Notes under the pieces: generated by a model
The model's input: the letters and a program-made list of their open reading frames with translations, nothing else
Databases searched by the model: none
What the model was told of the DNA's origin: nothing
Assembly: GCA_963719495.1 (NCBI GenBank)
Contig: CAVRCI010000013.1
Span: 157,888 to 221,887 of the forward strand
Length of the DNA stretch: 64,000 nt
Reading direction: 5' to 3'
DNA from: an uncultured Verrucomicrobiae bacterium
GTDB lineage: Bacteria > Verrucomicrobiota > Verrucomicrobiia > Chthoniobacterales > JAATET01
In this document: piece by piece, positions 1-7,984 of the stretch
How positions within the stretch are numbered: position 1 is the stretch's first letter
How the letters are laid out: every line of letters starts with the position of its first letter
Translations under genes and position numbers: made by a program

Positions 1-771
1 AAAACCAACAACGTCAACGCCGACCGCCCGAACCGCCCCAAGGTGCCCAGCGCCGCGCCGAAGGTCGCGGACAAAGCCAACGATCGCAAAAACGACAACG
101 GCAACAAAAACCGGCAGGCGAAGGACAACAAACCAGCCGACCGCCCAAACGCGGACCGGAAAGGCAAATCGGACGTGAAGAAGCCCACCGAACGCCCGAA
201 CAAGCCAGCCGAGCGGAAGGCATCCGCGAACAAGCCAACCAAGCCGTCCGAAAAGCCAGCCAACCGTCCTTCGAACCAGGACCGTGAAAAAGCGGAGAAG
301 CGCGCCAACGACGACCAGCGCCAGAAGCAACAGCGCGAACAGGAACAGCGCAAGCAACAGGCTGACCGCCAGAAACGCCAGCAGCAGGAAGAGCGGCAAC
401 AGAAGCAGGCCCGCGACCAGCAGGCCGAGCGGCAGAAACAGGCCGACCGCCAGAAACAAGCCGAGCGCCAGAAGCAGGGAGAGCGTCAGCAACAGCAGCG
501 CCAGCAAGCCGAACGGCAACAGCAGGCCGAGCGGCAACAGCGCCAGAAGCAGGCCGAGCGCCAGCAGCAGGCTCAACGGCAGCAGCAAGCTCAGCGGCAA
601 CAGCAGCAGCAACAACAACAACAACGCCAGCAGCAGGCCCAGCGCCCGCAGCAGCAGCAGCGCCAGCAACAGCAGCGCCCCCAGCAGCAGCAACGCCAGA
701 ACTCGAATCGTGAAGACGACTCGAACCAAAAGAAAAAGAAGAAGAACAACAACAACGGCAACCGCAACTAG
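1..771 (+). CDS. Low-complexity Gln/Arg/Glu/Lys-rich protein, 5' end cut by window edge
   Basis: Frame 1 is open from nt 1, so the track start at GTG 43 is probably internal; it ends at TAG 769-771. The translation is AERQKQ/QQQRQQ-type repeats ending KKKKKNNNNGNRN, and the DNA is an imperfect CAG/CAA/CGC tandem repeat. No domain recognised. Other frames are also open here, so frame choice is uncertain. Confidence 0.4.
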   Translation, partial: KTNNVNADRPNRPKVPSAAPKVADKANDRKNDNGNKNRQAKDNKPADRPNADRKGKSDVKKPTERPNKPAERKASANKPTKPSEKPANRPSNQDREKAEKRANDDQRQKQQREQEQRKQQADRQKRQQQEERQQKQARDQQAERQKQADRQKQAERQKQGERQQQQRQQAERQQQAERQQRQKQAERQQQAQRQQQAQRQQQQQQQQQRQQQAQRPQQQQRQQQQRPQQQQRQNSNREDDSNQKKKKKNNNNGNRN

Positions 772-780
772 CCCGTCACC

Positions 781-807
781 GGTGGTTCCCGATCCTCGGG
801 AACCACC
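781..807. terminator. Terminator-like hairpin between convergent genes
   Basis: ggtggttcccg-atcct-cgggaaccacc gives an 11-bp perfect stem and 5-nt loop. It lies between stop codons at 771 (+) and 829 (-). There is no clear U-run. Confidence 0.3.
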
Positions 808-828
808 TCTTCGGCGGAACCGGCCCGC

Positions 829-1635
829 TCATTCGATGTGCCCGTATCGGGCGCGAACCGCGCAATACACCCCGTAGGCCGCCAAGCCCAGCGCCATCGC
901 CCCGAGCAGCCAGGCGCCATAAGGCTGCTGCTCGAGCGACTCGATCGCCGCGCCTGATCCCTTCACGGCACCCGAGTTTGCCTGCCATCCGGCTGTGATC
1001 AGGAACCCACCGATCAGCAGAAACACGAACCCGCGCGCCGCGATCCCGAACCTCGCCAGGCGATCCACCCATTTCTTCACCGTCGCGCTTCCGTCCGTGA
1101 CCGTGAATTTTTTCCGATACCGAGCCGAAAACGATTGGTAGAAAAACCACCCCGCAACCCCGACGATCGCCAGCCCGACCGCGATCACCGCCCATTCTCC
1201 CAGCGGCTGCCGCATCGCCGTCGAAGCGGCCTCCCGGGTCCCCGAGCCGCCTCCATCGCTCCCACCACTCCCCACCAGCCGACTCCCCGCCGCCCACGCC
1301 AGACCAGCGTAGGCCAGGCCGCTGAACAAATACCCGCCCCGCTTCGCGAGCGCGGCGAATCCATCCTTCCCACCCATCGACGGACCGAAAGCCGCGATCA
1401 GCCGCCAACCGACGTAGCAGACAATCCCCACGAACAACAGCGCCAGAATGAACCAACCGAACGGCTGCCCCGCGAGCACGTCGAGCGTCGATTTCGCGTC
1501 CGGCTCCTGCGAACCCCAGTTCAATGCCTCCATCCCCGCGAGCCCGGCGATCGTGAAATAAATCACCGCCTTCGCCGTGTATCCCGCCCTCGCCATCGCA
1601 TCCACCCAACCTTTTTTATCACTCTTGCCACTCAT
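829..1635 (-). CDS. DUF1206-like integral membrane protein
   Basis: Trimmed from the 412-aa track ORF to ATG 1635 (MSGKSDKKGWVDAM...). Three repeats of a paired-TM unit are present (ARAGYTAKAVIYFTIAGLA, KRGGYLFSGLAYAGLAWAA, ARFGIAARGFVFLLIGGFL), as is typical of DUF1206. Stop TGA at 829-831. Confidence 0.6.
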   Translation of the reverse strand: MSGKSDKKGWVDAMARAGYTAKAVIYFTIAGLAGMEALNWGSQEPDAKSTLDVLAGQPFGWFILALLFVGIVCYVGWRLIAAFGPSMGGKDGFAALAKRGGYLFSGLAYAGLAWAAGSRLVGSGGSDGGGSGTREAASTAMRQPLGEWAVIAVGLAIVGVAGWFFYQSFSARYRKKFTVTDGSATVKKWVDRLARFGIAARGFVFLLIGGFLITAGWQANSGAVKGSGAAIESLEQQPYGAWLLGAMALGLAAYGVYCAVRARYGHIE

Positions 1636-1726
1636 TCCCGAAACGTTCGTCGCTCGGCCCCGAACCGGTCGGGCAAGTCTGGAGGTTGCGATCCTTCGAA
1701 ACCGGAGCGAAACTCCTGCCGAAATC

Positions 1727-2320
1727 ATGATCCGTCCGAAATTCTTCCTGTCCCTCCCGTCCGTTCTCCTGGCCCTGGCGATCGCTTCAACACCCGCAAT
1801 CTTCGCTGAATCCGAAACCAGCGCCGCGAAGCCCGTCGTGGACTTCAGCGAACCATCCGACGCCGAGGCTTGGGACGTGGTGAACGACGGAGTGATGGGC
1901 GGGTTGTCCCGCGGCGAGATGAACGTGACCGACGGCGCGCTCGATTTCTCCGGCACCCTGTCGCTCGAGAACAACGGCGGCTTCTCGCTCGTCGAAACGT
2001 CCGGCGGGACTCGGAATTTCGAGGGAGCCACCGGAGTCCGCCTCCGCGTCAAGGGTGACGGACGCACCTACACCTTTCGCCTCGGCACCGACGCCCGCCA
2101 CCGCGGCGACCGCGTTTCCTACAGCGCCGATTTCGAGACCGAGAAGGGCGAATGGGTCGAGCGAGTCATTCCCTTCGCGGATTTGAAGCCGATTCATCAC
2201 GGTGAGTCCGTCGACGCCCCACCCATCAACCTCGCGAACATCGAGCAAATTGGCATCCTCATCGGCGACAAAAATGCCGGCCCGTTCGAGATCCAAATCG
2301 ACTGGATCGCCCTCGACTGA
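1727..2320 (+). CDS. CIA30 (complex I intermediate-associated protein 30)-like secreted protein
   Basis: Starts at ATG 1727 (MIRPKFFLSLPSVLLALAIASTPAIFA, a signal peptide). The motif WDVVNDGVMGGLSRGE...FSGTLSLENNGGF is characteristic of the CIA30 family. Confidence 0.65.
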   Translation: MIRPKFFLSLPSVLLALAIASTPAIFAESETSAAKPVVDFSEPSDAEAWDVVNDGVMGGLSRGEMNVTDGALDFSGTLSLENNGGFSLVETSGGTRNFEGATGVRLRVKGDGRTYTFRLGTDARHRGDRVSYSADFETEKGEWVERVIPFADLKPIHHGESVDAPPINLANIEQIGILIGDKNAGPFEIQIDWIALD

Positions 2321-2327
2321 CCCCACT

Positions 2328-2441
2328 TCCAACCCGGAGGGCGAGGCTCCCGCCGAGCCGTAACCTTCCACCCAAACCGCCCGAACTCTCACTCAACGCC
2401 GATCCCATAAAAAGACGGCTCGGCAGGAGCCTCGCCCTCCG
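2328..2441 (+). repeat. 114-bp palindromic (MITE/REP-like) element, copy A
   Basis: Arms cggagggcgaggctcccgccgagccgt and acggctcggcaggagcctcgccctccg are reverse complements with 1 mismatch, separated by about 50 nt. Copy A is about 97% identical by eye to copy B at 3162-3275 and ends 1 nt before the ATG at 2442. Confidence 0.85.
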
Positions 2442-3197
2442 ATGAAAGTCCCAACCATCCGCGGCGTGATTCGTCGGCGCCTGCTTCTCAACTACCGCGT
2501 CGATCCCGACGTGTGCGCAGCTCTGCTGCCGGGAAGCTTCCGCCCAAAGCTGATCCGCGGCCGCGCCATCGCTGGAATCTGCCTCATCCGACTGGAGCGG
2601 ATCCGCCCCAAGGGGCTTCCAGCGATCCTCGGCATCACGAGCGAGAATACCGCCCACCGCTTCGCCGTTGAATGGGACGGCGAGGACGGCAGCGCCCAGT
2701 CCGGCGTCTTCATCCCACGTCGTGACACCAGTTCCCAACTGAACGCCCTCGCGGGCGGACGACTCTTCCCGGGCGTGCATCACCGGTCGCACTTCACAGT
2801 CGAGGATGCCGCCGAAGAAATCGCGATCACCGTGCGGGCAAAAGCCTTCGATCAACCGCTCGTCGAAATCCGGGCGCACGAAGTCGCTCACTTCCCGACC
2901 ACCTCGGTTTTCGAATCGCTCGAAGAATCCTCCCAATTTTTCGAATCCGGCTGCGTCGGCTACTCCTCCGACCCTGGCTCACACCATCTCGACGGCCTCC
3001 GCCTCGCGGTCGATCACTGGGAAGTCACCGCGCTCGAAATCGAAAGCATTGCCTCCGCCTACTTCGACGATCCGGCAATTTTCCCCGCTGGCAGCACCAC
3101 GTTCGACCACGCGCTCCTCATGCGCGACATCCCCCACGAATGGCACGCCCTACCAGCCAAATCCAACCCGGAGGGCGAGGCTCCCGCCGAGCCGTAA
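2442..3197 (+). CDS. DUF2071-like (acetoacetate decarboxylase-fold) protein
   Basis: The N-terminus RRRLLLNYRVDPDVCAALLPGSFRP resembles DUF2071 proteins. The last roughly 11 codons (NPEGEAPAEP) and the stop codon lie inside repeat copy B. Confidence 0.55.
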   Translation: MKVPTIRGVIRRRLLLNYRVDPDVCAALLPGSFRPKLIRGRAIAGICLIRLERIRPKGLPAILGITSENTAHRFAVEWDGEDGSAQSGVFIPRRDTSSQLNALAGGRLFPGVHHRSHFTVEDAAEEIAITVRAKAFDQPLVEIRAHEVAHFPTTSVFESLEESSQFFESGCVGYSSDPGSHHLDGLRLAVDHWEVTALEIESIASAYFDDPAIFPAGSTTFDHALLMRDIPHEWHALPAKSNPEGEAPAEP

Positions 3198-3275
3198 TCT
3201 CCCACCCAAACCGCCCGAACTCTCACTCAACGCCGATCCCATAAGAAGACGGCTCGGCAGGAGCCTCGCCCTCCG
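3162..3275 (+). repeat. 114-bp palindromic (MITE/REP-like) element, copy B
   Basis: Same element and orientation as 2328-2441, with 3 substitutions seen. It overlaps the 3' end of the DUF2071-like CDS. Confidence 0.85.
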
Positions 3276-3435
3276 GGCTGGGAAGTCCACCGTTCCGGCG
3301 ATGAACCCGCGAATTCACCCCCTGCGCTCTCCGCATTCTCCTCGGTCGAAAACGCATTTCTTCAAGGCCACCAATCGACTTTCCGTCCCAAGTCTGTCAG
3401 GTTCCTCGCGAAACGGCTCCGGCCGACCCAATCCG

Positions 3436-5247
3436 ATGAAAAATCCGCTCCGCTCCCTCGCCCTTTTCCTCGCCACCCTCACCCCGGCGCTCGTCGTCGC
3501 CCAAGGTGTCGATTACGTCGAACCCTACCGCCCCTTCAGCGAATCCCCCGCGATCCGCGACACCACGAAAGGCGAGGTCGACCCGACCCGCACCCTCCAG
3601 ATCCCCCTCATCACCTGGGCCGCCGACGGCGTGACCGTCAGCGCGAACGGCGGCCTCGACCCGAACCCGAATTCCCCCCTCGCCCGCGCCGTCGGCGGAG
3701 CCGCGCAACTCACCGTCATCGACGACTTCGACAAGCAGGTCGCCAACTACGTTACCGGCAAATCCCCGTTCCTCCGCGGCACCGCCGACATGATCGCCCT
3801 CGTCAGCCAGGCCCTCAAAACCAAGGACCCCGGCCTCGAGCCCGTCGTCTTCCTCCAACTCTCCACCTCCACCGGCGCCGACGGATTCGTCGCCGTCGAC
3901 ACCGACCAACTCGCCGACCTGAAAGGCAAATCCATCGCCCTCCAGCTCAACGGCCCGCACCTCTCCCTCGTCGGCAACCTCATCAAGGACGCCGGACTCG
4001 CCCCGACCGACGTCACCCTCAAATTCGTGCCCGAGATCACCGCCCCTCCCGGCTGGAATCCCGACGAACCCGCGCTCGACCCCGCGAACGCCCTCCGCCG
4101 CGACGACACGCTCGCCGGCGCGGCCATGATCTTTCCCGACATCCTCGGCACCACCGGCGGCGGTGTCGGCACCGGACAGGAAGGCACGGTCAAGGGAGCC
4201 AAACCCGTCTTCACCACCAAGACCGCCGACAACGTCATCTTCGACGTCTACGCCGTCCGCAAAGACTTCCTCGCCAGCCACCCCGAGATCGTCGAAGGCT
4301 TCCGCGCCACCCACCTCGCCAAGCAGGAGGAATTCCTCGCCGACCTCGCGAACGTCGCTAAGAAGAACGACGCCGACCGCCGCAAGGTCGAAGCCTTCAA
4401 GGAAGCCAGCCGCCCGCTCGCCAAGATTTTCCTCCAGGACGCCGGCGCCGTGAACGACTACATCCTCTGGGTCGGCGTCGACTCCCGCCTCGCCGGCACC
4501 GCGGGCAACGCGAAGTTCTTCGACGAAAAAAATTCCGTCGGCCTCCGCGCCACCACCGACCGCATCCAGGCCTTCCTCGCCGAGATCGGCCTCATCGCCT
4601 CGCCCACCACCATCGCGTTTCTCGCACCCACCGCCACCGACAAACCCACCCAAGCCAAGCCCGCCCGCCAGACCTTCGCCAACGCGCAAGCCGTCCGCGA
4701 CGCCGCCGAGAGTCAGGACGCCAGCACGCTCTACGGCTACACGTTCCAGTTCCCCGCCGCCATGAGCGAGATGAGCTGGCAGGATTACCCCGACGTCTTC
4801 GCGAAGATCCACGAGACCGTCGCCCGCTACGGCGGCGCCATCGTCCAACTCCAAGGCCACGCCGACAATTTCTTCGCCAACTTCGTCGCCGCCAAACGCA
4901 AAGCCGGCGAGACCACCTACGAACGCCGCAACCGCACCACCGGCCAGTTCGACCAAATGGCTCTCCCCAAATACGAGGAGATCCTCAACGACGCGAACAC
5001 CCTCTCCTACTCCCGCGCCTTCGCGGTGAAAAAAGCCTACGCCGCCTACGTCCGCGAAGCCCTCAACCTCTCGCCCGACGAGGTCGACCTCTCCCGCTTC
5101 GACGTCCGCGGCATGGGAATCACCAAGCCCATCATCGCCAACCCGACCACCCCCGACGAACGCGCCCAAAACATGCGCGGCGAAATGGTCATCATCGCCG
5201 CCGAATCCGAAATCCCCGCCGACTTCGGAGCCGACGACCTGCGCTAA
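3436..5247 (+). CDS. Periplasmic substrate-binding-fold (NMT1/SsuA-like) / OmpA C-terminal domain fusion protein
   Basis: Trimmed to ATG 3436 (MKNPLRSLALFLATLTPALVVAQG, a signal peptide). The central part (LKGKSIALQLNGPHLSLVGNLIKDAGLAPTDVTL) resembles the NMT1/nitrate-sulfonate binding fold. The C-terminus (IVQLQGHADN...YSRAFAVKKAY...RGMGITKPIA...NMRGEMVI) is OmpA-like peptidoglycan binding. Confidence 0.6.
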   Translation: MKNPLRSLALFLATLTPALVVAQGVDYVEPYRPFSESPAIRDTTKGEVDPTRTLQIPLITWAADGVTVSANGGLDPNPNSPLARAVGGAAQLTVIDDFDKQVANYVTGKSPFLRGTADMIALVSQALKTKDPGLEPVVFLQLSTSTGADGFVAVDTDQLADLKGKSIALQLNGPHLSLVGNLIKDAGLAPTDVTLKFVPEITAPPGWNPDEPALDPANALRRDDTLAGAAMIFPDILGTTGGGVGTGQEGTVKGAKPVFTTKTADNVIFDVYAVRKDFLASHPEIVEGFRATHLAKQEEFLADLANVAKKNDADRRKVEAFKEASRPLAKIFLQDAGAVNDYILWVGVDSRLAGTAGNAKFFDEKNSVGLRATTDRIQAFLAEIGLIASPTTIAFLAPTATDKPTQAKPARQTFANAQAVRDAAESQDASTLYGYTFQFPAAMSEMSWQDYPDVFAKIHETVARYGGAIVQLQGHADNFFANFVAAKRKAGETTYERRNRTTGQFDQMALPKYEEILNDANTLSYSRAFAVKKAYAAYVREALNLSPDEVDLSRFDVRGMGITKPIIANPTTPDERAQNMRGEMVIIAAESEIPADFGADDLR

Positions 5248-5264
5248 ATTCAAATCACGAAATG

Positions 5265-5394
5265 GACAGGATTTACAGGATTGGAAGGATTGAATTCCAG
5301 ACTCTTAGCCCGGACCTCCCACTCACCCATCAGGTGACCGGTTCAGGTCGGACAACCCTTTCCGAATCATCCTGTTAATCCTGTAAATCCTGTC
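5265..5394. repeat. Inverted pair of GGATT-core short tandem arrays flanking a core of about 95 bp
   Basis: gacaggatttacaggat (5265-5281) is the exact reverse complement of atcctgtaaatcctgtc (5378-5394). Both extend as degenerate 8-9-nt tandem units (caggattt/acaggatt/ggaaggatt and atcctgtta/atcctgtaa/atcctgtct). The pair lies in the 178-bp gap between the stop at 5247 and the ATG at 5426. Confidence 0.8.
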
Positions 5395-5425
5395 TCATCC
5401 GCCTTTTGAGAATCAGTCCCAAGCC

Positions 5426-6274
5426 ATGCGATTTCCCATTCCCATCCTCCTCGCCAGCGCCCTCCTCGCGCTCGCGCCGCCCGCCCCCGCGCAGACCGAC
5501 GCCTTCCCCGGCCTCGAAGCCGAGCGCCTCGAGCAGAGCGGCACCGTCATCACGATCATCTTCGACGACTCCAGCTCGATGCGCGGCAACAAGCTCGACG
5601 AAGCCAAACGCGCCTTCCGCGACTGGCTCTCCACCGTCCCCGACAACCACCGCATCGGCCTCATCTCGCTCAACCAAGGCCAACTCGTCGCCAGCGAGCG
5701 CGGCAACAAAAGCGAAGTCGCCGACACCGTCGCCCGCATCCAGGCCGTCGGCACCACCCCCCTCGCCGACGCCATCGACCTCGCGAACGAGGAGATCGCC
5801 AAACGCAAAGCCAGCCGCCCCTTCGAGCGCCAGGTCCTCGTCGTCCTCACCGACGGCGAAGACAGCACCGCCCGCGGGGCCGCCGGGGTTCAGGACGAAT
5901 TGCAGGCCGCCGCCCGCGAAGGCACCGAGACCGTCGGCATCGGATTCTTCGGCGAAGGCGACTACATGAGTTCCGCCGCCACCCGCTACTTCGACGCCGC
6001 GAATTCCGAAGAACTGCGCGCCGGCCTTGCGAAAGTCGACGCCGAGATCGGCGACACCAGCGACATCGTCATCTCCCCCGAGATCGCCGAGGCCATGAAG
6101 ACCGTCTCCCTCGCCGACCTCCGCCCCACCGCCCCAGCGAATTCAAACGCCCGCGCCGACAACTCCGCCTCGCCCAACTCGACCACCAGCACCAACGACG
6201 GCCCGCCCTTCACCTGGATCATCATCCTCGTCATCGCCTATGGCGTCTACCGCGTCTTCTTCCGCCGAAAATAG
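5426..6274 (+). CDS. von Willebrand factor A (vWA) domain protein with signal peptide and C-terminal TM anchor
   Basis: Signal peptide MRFPIPILLASALLALAPPAPAQT. MIDAS-type motif IIFDDSSSM, then GTTPLADAI and VLTDGED. C-terminal hydrophobic anchor FTWIIILVIAYGVYRVFFRRK. Confidence 0.8.
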   Translation: MRFPIPILLASALLALAPPAPAQTDAFPGLEAERLEQSGTVITIIFDDSSSMRGNKLDEAKRAFRDWLSTVPDNHRIGLISLNQGQLVASERGNKSEVADTVARIQAVGTTPLADAIDLANEEIAKRKASRPFERQVLVVLTDGEDSTARGAAGVQDELQAAAREGTETVGIGFFGEGDYMSSAATRYFDAANSEELRAGLAKVDAEIGDTSDIVISPEIAEAMKTVSLADLRPTAPANSNARADNSASPNSTTSTNDGPPFTWIIILVIAYGVYRVFFRRK

Positions 6275-6286
6275 TCTGATCGCCGG

Positions 6287-7807
6287 ATGAAAAAATGGCT
6301 CACCGCCACCATCATTCTCGTCACCCTGGCGATGGTCCTCTGGGGCGTCAGCAAGCCGTGGCGCGAGAAAAACGAATGGGATTCCCTCGTCGAGCAGACC
6401 AGCGACGCCATCCCGACGAACCGCACCATCACCGTCCTCGGTGACGACTGGCTCGGCTACCTCGTCATCCGCTCCGGCGATTTCCAGAACCGGATGGCCC
6501 GCGCCGGCATCCGCGTGAACTTCGAAATCGAACCCGACTTCGACGCCCGTATCCGCGCCCTCCGCAACGGCACCGCCCAGTTCATCGTCCTCACCCTCGA
6601 CAGCTACCTCGTGAGCGGCGCGGCCAGCGATTGGCCCGGCTCCGCCATCTTCGTCATCGACGAATCCTTCGGCGGCGACGCGGTCATCGGCGACGCCGAC
6701 CTCGAGAACATCGACTCCCTCGACAACCCCACCGTCCGCGGAGCCTTCGTCGGCGACTCCCCGTCCGAATTTCTGCTCAAAAGCCAGACCTCCCACTTCA
6801 AGCTCGACCAACTCCGCCCCCGCCTCGCCAGCATGCGCGTCCCCACCGTCGAAGCCGCCAGCCAAGCCCTTGCCCGCGGCGACGTCGACTTCGCCGTCCT
6901 CTGGGAGCCCTTCGTCTCCCGCGCGTTGGACGAGATCGCCGGTGCCCACACCCTCGTCGACACCAAGCAGGCCCAGGGCCTCATCATCGACCTCTGCCTC
7001 GCCTCCCGCCGCGTCCTCTCCGACGACCCCCAACTCGCCGAGACCTTCACCCGCACCTACTTCGCCACGCTCCACGACCTCCTCAACCACCCCGAAAAAC
7101 TCCGAGCCGTCGCCGCGAAAGACGCCGACAAAAGCCCCGAAGAAGCCGCCACCATGCTCGCCGGCATCCGCTTCGCGAGCCTCGGCGACAACGCCATCGA
7201 CTGGCTCAGCCGCACCGGCACCCCCCAGCTCGTCGAGAGCATCGACTCCATTGGCACCATCCTCGCCGACAACGGCCAACGCGTCACCCTCCCCAACTCC
7301 GACCCCCTCAGCCTCCTCTACCGCAAGACCATCGCCGACGTCGCCGCCAAAGACGACGGCATTGCCCCCCTCCTCGCCCAAACCCCCAAGCCCAGCCAAA
7401 ACTACCGCTCCCTCACCGAAGCCGAATGGGCCGACCTGATCCCCCAGGTCAAAGGCACCCTCCTCGACGAGCCCATCACCTTCCGCCCCGGCTCGACCAC
7501 GATCCCCGCCGACTTCGAAGACGCCGTCCGAGCCGCCGCCCCAAAATTATCGCATTACCCTGACTACCGAATCATCGTCGAAGCCCACGTCGCCCCCAGC
7601 GCCGACGCCGAAGGCGACAAAGCCCTCTCGGAAAAAAGAGCCGAAGCCGTGAAGCAATTTCTCCAATGGGAGTGCGGCGTCCCCGCCACGAGAATCCACA
7701 CCATCGGAGCCGGCGGCACCAACCCGCCCGAACGAATCCAAAACCAAAGCCAAACCGCCTACGAACGCCGCTCCCGCCGAGCCAGAATCACCCTGGTAGG
7801 AGAATAG
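6287..7807 (+). CDS. Membrane-anchored substrate-binding-fold (NMT1/SsuA-like) / OmpA C-terminal domain fusion protein
   Basis: Starts 12 nt after the vWA stop. N-terminal anchor WLTATIILVTLAMVLWGV. The binding-fold part includes ITVLGDDWLGYLV..., RNGTAQFIVLTLDSYL and DVDFAVLWEPF. OmpA-like C-terminus: YRIIVEAHVAPSADAEGDKALSEKRAEAVKQFL...RRSRRARITLVGE. Confidence 0.6.
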   Translation: MKKWLTATIILVTLAMVLWGVSKPWREKNEWDSLVEQTSDAIPTNRTITVLGDDWLGYLVIRSGDFQNRMARAGIRVNFEIEPDFDARIRALRNGTAQFIVLTLDSYLVSGAASDWPGSAIFVIDESFGGDAVIGDADLENIDSLDNPTVRGAFVGDSPSEFLLKSQTSHFKLDQLRPRLASMRVPTVEAASQALARGDVDFAVLWEPFVSRALDEIAGAHTLVDTKQAQGLIIDLCLASRRVLSDDPQLAETFTRTYFATLHDLLNHPEKLRAVAAKDADKSPEEAATMLAGIRFASLGDNAIDWLSRTGTPQLVESIDSIGTILADNGQRVTLPNSDPLSLLYRKTIADVAAKDDGIAPLLAQTPKPSQNYRSLTEAEWADLIPQVKGTLLDEPITFRPGSTTIPADFEDAVRAAAPKLSHYPDYRIIVEAHVAPSADAEGDKALSEKRAEAVKQFLQWECGVPATRIHTIGAGGTNPPERIQNQSQTAYERRSRRARITLVGE

Positions 7808-7810
7808 ATA

Positions 7811-7917
7811 ATTCAAGGAGCGGCACCTTCCAGGTGCCGAAGTCCGGCGAATCGAGCAAAGCGAGAGAGCCGCTTCCATCTCGAGGAGCGGCGATTTGCA
7901 ATCGCCGAACCAACCCA
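7811..7917. repeat. Hairpin-rich intergenic repeat (aattcaaggagcggc... / agcggcgatttgcaatcgccgaaccaaccca)
   Basis: The 31-nt segment 7887-7917 recurs exactly at 55487-55517 and contains the hairpin gcggcgatt-tgc-aatcgccg(c). The 5' part aattcaaggagcggc recurs at 46056-46070. It lies between convergent stops at 7807 (+) and 7985 (-). Confidence 0.75.
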
Positions 7918-7984
7918 ATCCCGCAAAGCGGGACACTCCCCTCCCCAGCCAACTCGCGCACTGCGCGAATCCCCGCATCCGCGA

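Noticed and set aside
3397-7399. Antisense ORFs 3397-5253 (618 aa) and 6143-7399 (418 aa), and the same-strand out-of-frame ORF 6631-7563 (310 aa).
   Set aside because: They lie opposite, or out of frame to, the well-supported SBP-OmpA genes. Their composition (G/A/V/E/D or R/P runs) and lack of any motif indicate GC-driven open frames.
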